Shown one piece after another: positions 1-7,875 of a stretch of 64,000 bases of DNA. Source of the DNA: Thalia democratica (Eukaryota); the NCBI GenBank assembly GCA_965202585.1, contig CBDBBG010000158.1, positions 1-64,000 of the forward strand, read 5' to 3'. The notes under the pieces are model-generated. The model was not told the DNA's origin, did not search any database, and worked only from the letters and a program-made list of their open reading frames with translations. Made by a program: the position numbers and the translations under genes. Within the stretch, counting starts at the first letter, position 1. Each line of letters starts with the position of its first letter.

Positions 1-6
1 TTGAGT

Positions 7-22
7 GGTCCTGAAAAGGACC
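7..22 (-). terminator. Histone 3' stem-loop of H1 (recurs every 7,275 bp)
   Basis: Sense GGTCCT-TTTC-AGGACC followed by ACTCA; fits the 6-bp stem/4-nt loop SLBP-binding consensus. Confidence 0.95.
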
Positions 23-39
23 TTGGGTAAAAGAACAAC

Positions 40-600
40 TTATTTTTTGCAGCTCTTCTTCTTGGATGCTTTTTTGGCTGCCGGCTTCTTCTTGGTTACT
101 TTCTTCTTCTTGCTTGCAGCTTTTTTAGATGCTGCCTTCTTAGGAGCGCACTTTTTAGCAGGTCGCTTTTTGGCTGCTGGTTTTTTTGCAGCCTTCTTGG
201 GAGCACACTTCTTTTTTGGTTTTTTAGCTGCGGCCTTCTTTGCTGCTGGCTTTTTAGCTACTTTCTTTGTCCTCTTCTTGGGCCCAGCAGCTGGCATTGG
301 AGCAAGCTTGAACGAGCCAGAAGCGCCTTTTCCAGTTGTCTGGAGAAAAGCACCTTTGGTCACGCCGCTGGTAAGTGCTCTCTTCAAGTGAGAATTGGAA
401 GCTGTGAGGTCAAGCTTGTAGGTGTCCGCAATAAACTTTTGTATCTTCTGGCGGGATGTACCTTTTCGTTCCTTCATTGCTCCAAGGGCAGAGCTAATCA
501 TTTCCCTGTAAGTAGGGTGCTCTGCCTTCTTGGCGCTTGGTCTCTTGGAGGACCTGGCTGCGGCTGGCGCTGGTACTGCTGCTACTGCTGTGGTAGACAT
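40..600 (-). CDS. H1: Linker histone H1, 186 aa (copy 1)
   Basis: Globular domain (HPTYREMI...GKGASGSFKL) plus Lys/Ala/Pro-rich C-tail. True start is the ATG at 600 (MSTTAV); the track's start at 639 is not an ATG. Stem-loop at 7-22. Confidence 0.97.
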   Translation of the reverse strand: MSTTAVAAVPAPAAARSSKRPSAKKAEHPTYREMISSALGAMKERKGTSRQKIQKFIADTYKLDLTASNSHLKRALTSGVTKGAFLQTTGKGASGSFKLAPMPAAGPKKRTKKVAKKPAAKKAAAKKPKKKCAPKKAAKKPAAKKRPAKKCAPKKAASKKAASKKKKVTKKKPAAKKASKKKSCKK

Positions 601-755
601 GATGAATGAATAATAAAGCGACCAAAACGATACTTGCAAGAGTTACTGACTGTGACGAATTGACTGTCGAGCAGTTATGCTTTGCAAGGTACCTTTTACT
701 TCTTAGCATTTTTGCATTAGCATGTTTGTTTAACACATATATGCTTATAAAAACT
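601..755 (-). promoter_or_regulatory. H1 promoter region (octamer variants, TG/AC-box-like, Inr-like, no sense TATA)
   Basis: Sense ATGCTAATGCAAAAATGCTAA (703-723), TGTGTTA-AACAAACA (723-737) and TCAGT (645-649). Confidence 0.6.
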
Positions 756-1169
756 TAGTTGTCTTATTACGAATGTTGAAAAAGTTCCAGTAAGAAAGAA
801 ACCATATCTAACTTGTTCTAAAAGTAATTTTTTTTAAAGCATTAGTTTGAAAAGTCCAGAAATAACAGCCTGTATCTTACAGCACACCTCTAAATACATT
901 AAGAAAAACATAAATGAAACAAAACATGTTAACACACTCCCGACTGAGTTTTCCTTTGCCGCTCACCTAAAGTAATAAAGTTTTAACAAAGCACAAGGTT
1001 TTTTTTTACCTCAAACTTAAACAAAGTTTCATTATATCGATTTCATGGAGTTTTGTTAATCGTAAGTTCTATCAAGTATGTTCAAGTTAATTACAGTTTA
1101 AACTAATGTGTAAAAAGTAATTTCAAAAGAATAAAAGAGTTCATTTTGTTTAGCTTTACTAGTTATGAT

Positions 1170-1209
1170 TACTCATAATCAATATACTCATAAGCAATGT
1201 ACTCAAAAC
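1170..1209 (+). repeat. Short 15-bp tandem repeat, about 2.7 copies
   Basis: TACTCATAATCAATA / TACTCATAAGCAATG / TACTCAAAAC. Confidence 0.8.
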
Positions 1210-1299
1210 TTTTATTAAACAGACAACTAGATAACTTTGTTCTTGCACATACTAGTAACTTACCTTACAACAATGTTTTCCAAACAACCTTTCAAAAAC

Positions 1300-4200
1300 G
1301 TACTGTACAGTAACTATGATGATACTTGTTTGAAAGTTGTAAACTACGTTTAAACACAAATTTTATTTTCCAGTGTATATGAAAAACTAGTTTAACAGGT
1401 AAGTAGTTTAACATTCAATTGGTGTTTCAAACAACTGATTCAAGCTGTTATACAGTTTAAAAAATAACTGATGCGATTTTGCTCGTTAAACTTAAACCTT
1501 GATCAAACTAAGAACTTTAACTTTGCAGATTTCAACCGAATAAAGTGTGCTGATAAAAGTGAACAAATGGATTTGGTTGTAAATTTTTCAAACAAAATAA
1601 AGTTAATTAAATTCAAAGAAGTAAATAAGTCGAAAAAGCTTATGAACACTAGCACTAAATTTGAACTTAAACAAAAGCTGATATCTTTTGGATGAAAAAT
1701 TTTACGTAAAAAAAGAGGTTGGTTTATTTTTTAAGCAGCATTATATACAAAATAAAATCGAGTAAGAAAATCGAAATGAAAAAGTTTTGAAGTAAAATTG
1801 ACAAACTTAGTGTTTGAATAAAGCTTTGTTTACAATCAGCACTCATAACCTTTCAATCTATCTTTGAAACTTTTTAACTGGAAAATAATGCAACTAGGTT
1901 TTTTTTTCAAACTTTGTTTTGTCACTTCTCATAAAGTTTTAAAGTCAGTCGAAACAACATAGATACTGACACATATTTTGAAACAACAACAGTACTGTTT
2001 TTTAAAGTTTACGATTGAAGTGTTTACCAAGTTAAACATGTGTTTTAACTGCTTTACTGCTAATAGTAATTTCCTAGTTTACTCAACCTAGATTAATCAT
2101 AATGTTCTGTACCATTGATTTCATTGACTAAATGTTTTGCTTTTCGAAATTCGTAACTAGTTATCTCTAACTTACTGTTAATGTAGTTAAAAACACAGCT
2201 TAGGATAAGTTACATTTTATTCTCGGATGTCGTTAAGAACATAGCTGTTGTAGCAATAACATATAAACTTGAAGCAAAGTAACTGTTATCTTATTCAATT
2301 ATAGACCATATAAAACAAAGTATTTGCTTGATTCAAAGTTTTACATTGTAGTTTGCCTATTATGGAACTTGTACTGTCACATAATAGGCTGTAAAAAAAT
2401 GAAGGCTAAAAAAGTTTTTGTCTTGCTTTGTCCAATTTTTCTTCTTCTTTACATTTATAAAAACTACACAGCTTAAAGCAACAAGTTACAGTAATTTTGC
2501 TTTCTTATGTATAGCGTACTTAAGGGTAACAAACAAGTGGTAACAAGTTTTTTACTTCTTTTCTTTGTACCATGTTTCAGCTAATCAATTGGTTTATTTC
2601 ATATGCTTGACAAGATTAGAAAGCTTAAATCAAGTAAGTAGATGTAAGCTTTGTAAAATAAAAGATTTATTTATACAAGTTCATCATTTTATTAAGGTAT
2701 TTTGTTTTGTAAATTGCGTACTTGTTAATAGCGTTCTCTTTCTTTTGAACAAACGATGTTGTTTACATTTATGTGTTACACCAGTTTTGAATTGCTAAGC
2801 ATGTTTCAGTTGTAGTTTAATTGTAATTGAACAGTATTTTTTAAGGACACTAAACATTGTTTGTTATTAACAGTTTAAAACGTTTTCAGTTAATAAGTCA
2901 AAGTTTTATTTCTGTTTAAGCGTACTATTTTCATTGAAAAATAAAAATAGTTTTTACAGTGACGTAGGCACAGTTTTTTTTAATAAACTAAAAAACAAAT
3001 GAAATATTGAATTAAAAAATGTCCACAAAGTAAGCATGAATAAGAATAAGTTTTATTTGGAAAAGAAAGTTAAAAGGAAAAAGGCCACGAAAAAGACACT
3101 CAAGTTAGTTAAAGCTTTTCACTAAGCATTCGACAATAGTAAGCAATAAAGTAAGGATTAGAGCAGTTATCTAGCTAGAGTTCCTTTCTTAACAGTTGCA
3201 TAAAAAAAGTACAGTAGAGAAATTGTAGCGAGCTAGGTATTTAATAAATAATGGGTTTAAAGTTTGGAGGGAAATTGTTTTTTGATTCTTTTTCACCACA
3301 AAGTTGATTAAGTGTGTGTATTTGTGTTGTTGAGTTTAGTAGTCATTAGTAGCTTGTGTATTTAATTGGTGATCCACCTAATCTTTAGATTCAAAAAGTA
3401 CATAGCTTAAAACAAACAAGTATCGTCGTTTTGAGTTGTCTCATACATAGTTTAAAAAAGAGTTACAAAAAATGGTAACAAGCTGTTCCATTTTTACCTT
3501 GGAATCATGTCGTTATTTGTCATAGCCACAGAAAAAATGAGTTCAACAAAACAAGTATGAGCTTTGTAAGCAGAAAGATTATTTCAATTGTATGTTTGTT
3601 TTAAACAATCACTGTTGTTTACATTACTGTTCAACTTTTAAACAGTTTTTTATTGTTTCATTTGCATTCTGATAAGTAAAACTAATACTTATTTGACAAT
3701 CAGACCTTAAATAAATATCATTGAGCATTTTTAGTATCAAAGCAAAGTAAATGTTTCTTCTCATTTAATATAATGTCTTATTTAAGCATAATTTTTTATT
3801 TAGTGACAGATTGATTTTTTTATTAAACTAACAACAAATATCTATTGAGTGTTTGAAAAACAAGTTTACAAAGTAAAATGAACTAGAATAAGTTTTGTTT
3901 AAACAATAAGTTAAACAAGAAAATTCCCATTAAAAAACATTTTTACCTAACATTTAAATACTAGTGAAGCAGAAAAACTTATTCTACATTATCAAAAGTA
4001 GTTTAAAATGTCAAGTAGAACTACAAAAACTAAAGTAAGTGTAACTAACTAGTAGAAACAAAAACAGAGAAATTCAGCTTTAGAAAGTTTATTTAGAAGT
4101 TATTGAAACACACTAACTGTTACTTTTTACCAACACGCACAATGTAGATATAAATTTGTACATTTTTTTGTCGCTTAGTTTAAGCTTGTTTGACACTGTT

Positions 4201-5114
4201 TACTCGACATTAGTAGCTGCTTAAATCAACTGGTGGTCCTGATTACTTTAGATATGTAGAAACATAACTTTCAACAAACTACTAGAGTTGTTAAAGGTCA
4301 GTAAGTTGTCTCATATCTAGTTAAAACAAGTACCTTTTACTTTGAAAACTAGAATAATAAATTACTTAAAAAAGTACAAGCAGTTACTTTTTTGTGTTTT
4401 ACCAAGTTTCAACCAATGAGCTGGTTTGTTTTGTGTGTTTATGTTTTGAATTGAAAATGTTTCTTGAATATGCTAAACAGAAGTTAGCTTTGAAAGAAGG
4501 AATATGTTATTTTACTTGAAAAACACATCTGTAATTTTTTGTCTTGAACAACCATTTTTGTATTCATTTATGTATTCGTAACTTTTTAAAACGTGTTACA
4601 TGGCTTCAATTGCAGTTAAGTTGATAAGAAGAACTCGTTTAAAAAGTTAAAGCTCGGTTGTGTTACTAATAATCAACAACAACTTAAAATAAAGTTACAA
4701 CTAAGTTTTTGCATGTTATAAGTGATATACATTTTTGTTTAAAAAGATGATACTTTTTTGTAAGCACTTATTTATTGAATGTTTCAACAGAACTTCAGCA
4801 AATGAATAAAAACAAGTGTTTTGTACAAAAAGTATTCAGATGAAAAATCTTACGGACAACAAAATCAAGTTAGTTAAACATCTTTTACAAACCATTTGAT
4901 TACAAGCACTACTACTGTTTTTAGACTAATGCAATGCTTTTTCTACAATATAACGAGTTACAAGTTTATAAAGTATTTGAAACAAAAAAAAAGTGTGTTC
5001 ATTCAAGTATATGAGTTTTTAATTTACACAAATAAGAATTTATTTGTACTAAGCTTATATTCTTGTACTTTAAGTAAACATGAACAGCTGGTTCTATTCA
5101 AATGGTGGTCCTGA
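1300..5114. repeat. Degenerate ~0.85-1.0-kb subrepeats making up the spacer (recurs in each unit)
   Basis: Collinear anchors by eye: AGTTGTCTCATA 3434/4304; TGTTGTTTACATT 2757/3613; ATGAA(TA/CT)AGAATAAGTTTT 3036/3878 (degenerate at 4802); CAAGTTAGTTAAA 3101/4866; TGGTG-containing junction at 1420/3367/4231/5103. Confidence 0.75.
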
Positions 5115-5122
5115 AAAGGACC
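5107..5122 (-). terminator. Histone 3' stem-loop of H2B (recurs)
   Basis: Sense GGTCCTTTTCAGGACC-ACCA, 13 nt after the stop codon. Confidence 0.95.
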
Positions 5123-5135
5123 GGTTGTTTAGCGT

Positions 5136-5495
5136 TTATTTTGAGCTGGTGTATTTGGTAACAGCTTTAGTTCCTTCTGAAACTGCGTGCTTTGACAACT
5201 CGCCGGGGAGCAAGAGCCTGACAGCAGTTTGAATTTCGCGGCTGCTAACAGTTGACCTCTTGTTGTAATGAGCCAAACGTGAAGCCTCTGCTGCAATGCG
5301 CTCGAAGATGTCGTTGACAAATGAGTTCATGATTCCCATTGCCTTGCTGGAAATTCCGGTGTCGGGGTGCACTTGCTTCAAAACTTTGTACACATAGATG
5401 CCAAAGCTTTCTTTGTTCCTCCTCCTTCGCTTCTTCTTGCCGTCGACCGGAGCGGTCTTGGCTACTGACTTCTTCGCGCCTTTGGTTGCTGTCAT
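5136..5495 (-). CDS. H2B: Histone H2B, 119 aa (copy 1)
   Basis: [19 protein letters not shown]...[20 protein letters not shown] at 5495, 37 nt downstream of TATAAA. Stem-loop at 5107-5122. Confidence 0.98.
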   Translation of the reverse strand: MTATKGAKKSVAKTAPVDGKKKRRRRNKESFGIYVYKVLKQVHPDTGISSKAMGIMNSFVNDIFERIAAEASRLAHYNKRSTVSSREIQTAVRLLLPGELSKHAVSEGTKAVTKYTSSK

Positions 5496-5575
5496 GATGA
5501 TGTGTGGACTTCTGTCTCGGCGCCAGTTTATATGCTGAAAAATTATGCAAATTAGCATAGTTCCGTACGCGAACG
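5496..5575 (-). promoter_or_regulatory. H2B promoter: TATA + octamer + CGCG element
   Basis: Sense TATAAA at 5527-5532; ATGCAAATTAGCAT at 5545-5558 and CCGTACGCG at 5563-5571 on the + strand. Confidence 0.8.
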
Positions 5576-5628
5576 ATAGCTGGTTTCTCTCACTTCACAA
5601 TTCTCTCGTTTGTTGTAAATATTTTGGT

Positions 5629-5644
5629 GGTCCTGAAAAGGACC
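5629..5644 (-). terminator. Histone 3' stem-loop of H2A (recurs)
   Basis: Sense GGTCCTTTTCAGGACC-ACCA. Confidence 0.95.
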
Positions 5645-5659
5645 TGGTTTTTTTTTAAC

Positions 5660-6040
5660 TTAGGCTGACTTTTTTGAAGCGGTCTTCTTAGGCAATAGTA
5701 CTGCCTGGATGTTTGGAAGAACACCACCTTGAGCAATTGTGACGCCTCCGAGAAGTTTGTTCAACTCTTCGTCGTTGCGAATAGCTAGTTGCAAATGGCG
5801 AGGAATGATCCTGCTTTTCTTGTTGTCACGAGCAGCGTTACCGGCAAGCTCGAGCACTTCTGCGCTCAAGTACTCGAGAACGGCAGCCAGATAAACTGGA
5901 GCACCAGCTCCGACTCTTTGGCTGTAGTTGCCGGTGCGCAACAGGCGGTGCACGCGACCGACTGGAAACTGCAGTCCTGCACGGGAAGACCTGCTCTTCG
6001 GCTTAGATTTGAGTTTTGATCCTTTACCACGTCCTGACAT
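5660..6040 (-). CDS. H2A: Histone H2A, 126 aa (copy 1)
   Basis: MSGRGK...[13 protein letters not shown]...[16 protein letters not shown]. No C-terminal SQ motif, so not H2A.X. ATG at 6040. Confidence 0.98.
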   Translation of the reverse strand: MSGRGKGSKLKSKPKSRSSRAGLQFPVGRVHRLLRTGNYSQRVGAGAPVYLAAVLEYLSAEVLELAGNAARDNKKSRIIPRHLQLAIRNDEELNKLLGGVTIAQGGVLPNIQAVLLPKKTASKKSA

Positions 6041-6145
6041 TTTGTTGTTCGAATGATTGTGATGATAGCTTGCACAGCTCACTATAAAACTCATACCTAA
6101 CCGCGTCGAACGAAAAACTAATTTGCATATGTCATAGCTAATGCT
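6041..6145 (-). promoter_or_regulatory. H2A promoter: octamer + CGCG element + inverted TATA
   Basis: + strand CTAATTTGCAT 6118-6128, CCGCGT 6101-6106, TATAAAA 6083-6089; sense TCATTC Inr-like at 6051-6056. Confidence 0.75.
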
Positions 6146-6189
6146 TAATCTTGTCAAAAGTGTTGTAAAACTTTTATATTGAATTAGGT

Positions 6190-6205
6190 GGTCCTAAAAA
6201 GGACC
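6190..6205 (-). terminator. Histone 3' stem-loop of H4 (recurs)
   Basis: Sense GGTCCT-TTTT-AGGACC-ACCT (UUUU loop). Confidence 0.95.
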
Positions 6206-6222
6206 GGGTTTGCTAAAAGCGA

Positions 6223-6625
<403 letters not shown>

Positions 6626-6691
6626 AAAAAAGTCTCTTAACTTACATTTTTTCGTTCGGTTAAGTTTTTCTCACTGTCAAAGTTTTAAGGT

Positions 6692-6707
6692 GGCCCTGAA
6701 AAGGACC
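6692..6707 (-). terminator. Histone 3' stem-loop of H3 (recurs)
   Basis: Sense GGTCCT-TTTC-AGGGCC-ACCT; U-G wobble at stem pair 3. Confidence 0.93.
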
Positions 6708-6722
6708 GGTTTTAGCTAACGC

Positions 6723-7245
<523 letters not shown>

Positions 7246-7314
7246 TTATGCATTTCGAGTTGCGTTATATTTTGTTTGAGTGGTCCTGAAAAGGACCTTG
7301 GGTAAAAGAACAAC

Positions 7315-7875
7315 TTATTTTTTGCAGCTCTTCTTCTTGGATGCTTTTTTGGCTGCCGGCTTCTTCTTGGTTACTTTCTTCTTCTTGCTTGCAGCTTTTT
7401 TAGATGCTGCCTTCTTAGGAGCGCACTTTTTAGCAGGTCGCTTTTTGGCTGCTGGTTTTTTTGCAGCCTTCTTGGGAGCACACTTCTTTTTTGGTTTTTT
7501 AGCTGCGGCCTTCTTTGCTGCTGGCTTTTTAGCTACTTTCTTTGTCCTCTTCTTGGGCCCAGCAGCTGGCATTGGAGCAAGCTTGAACGAGCCAGAAGCG
7601 CCTTTTCCAGTTGTCTGGAGAAAAGCACCTTTGGTCACGCCGCTGGTAAGTGCTCTCTTCAAGTGAGAATTGGAAGCTGTGAGGTCAAGCTTGTAGGTGT
7701 CCGCAATAAACTTTTGTATCTTCTGGCGGGATGTACCTTTTCGTTCCTTCATTGCTCCAAGGGCAGAGCTAATCATTTCCCTGTAAGTAGGGTGCTCTGC
7801 CTTCTTGGCGCTTGGTCTCTTGGAGGACCTGGCTGCGGCTGGCGCTGGTACTGCTGCTACTGCTGTGGTAGACAT
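7315..7875 (-). CDS. H1: Histone H1 (copy 2)
   Basis: Same protein as copy 1, offset +7275. Confidence 0.97.
   Translation of the reverse strand: MSTTAVAAVPAPAAARSSKRPSAKKAEHPTYREMISSALGAMKERKGTSRQKIQKFIADTYKLDLTASNSHLKRALTSGVTKGAFLQTTGKGASGSFKLAPMPAAGPKKRTKKVAKKPAAKKAAAKKPKKKCAPKKAAKKPAAKKRPAKKCAPKKAASKKAASKKKKVTKKKPAAKKASKKKSCKK

Noticed and set aside
40-300. Frameshifted Arg-rich (protamine-like) reading of the H1 tail
   Set aside because: The shifted frame I read hits a stop quickly (...AGA AAG TAG), so it gives no open Arg-rich ORF.
5-391. 128-aa hydrophobic + strand ORF (FFLAAFL...)
   Set aside because: It is the antisense mirror of Lys/Ala codons in the H1 tail (AAG/AAA give CTT/TTT), and its start is not an ATG.
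388-736. ORFs 388-609 (+) and 494-736 (-) overlapping H1
   Set aside because: Antisense or alternative frames of H1. They have no recognisable domain and no independent processing signals.
1301-1999. 12-bp palindromes TACTGTACAGTA (1301-1312) and AACAGTACTGTT (1988-1999)
   Set aside because: Plausible by chance in 4.4 kb of AT-rich DNA, with no supporting context.
2290-2305. Minus-strand TCTATAATTGAATAAG, resembling (from memory) the Ciona spliced leader ATTCTATTTGAATAAG
   Set aside because: It is followed by AT rather than a GT donor, there is no evident Sm site, and the match is imperfect in AT-rich DNA.
3473-3530. U7-like idea: ATTTGTCATAG (3515-3525) resembles the U7 Sm site, preceded by AACAAGCTGTTCC
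   Set aside because: There is an insertion in the Sm motif and no 3' GC-rich hairpin. The region is part of the degenerate subrepeat.
640-5100. 5S rRNA, tRNA or U1/U2 snRNA genes, which are often embedded in invertebrate histone repeats
   Set aside because: No A/B boxes, no GTTCGA T-loop and no recognisable snRNA or 5S sequence seen; the spacer is uniformly AT-rich. A tRNAscan/Infernal run would confirm.
1471-5114. Spacer ORFs 1471-1695, 2565-2798 and 4896-5114 (72-77 aa)
   Set aside because: Low-complexity AT-rich composition. The homologous segments in the other subrepeats have no matching ORF in the track, so they are likely chance.
5129-6075. Alternative-frame and antisense ORFs over H2B and H2A (5129-5320, 5245-5550, 5789-6019, 5866-6075)
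   Set aside because: Shadows of stop-poor histone coding sequence.
5496-6157. N-terminal extensions of H2B (to 5558) and H2A (to 6157), and similarly of H1 (to 639), in the ORF track
   Set aside because: The H2B and H2A extensions run through the TATA/promoter elements upstream of the predicted TSS, and the H1 extension starts at a non-ATG codon. Canonical starts are 5495, 6040 and 600.
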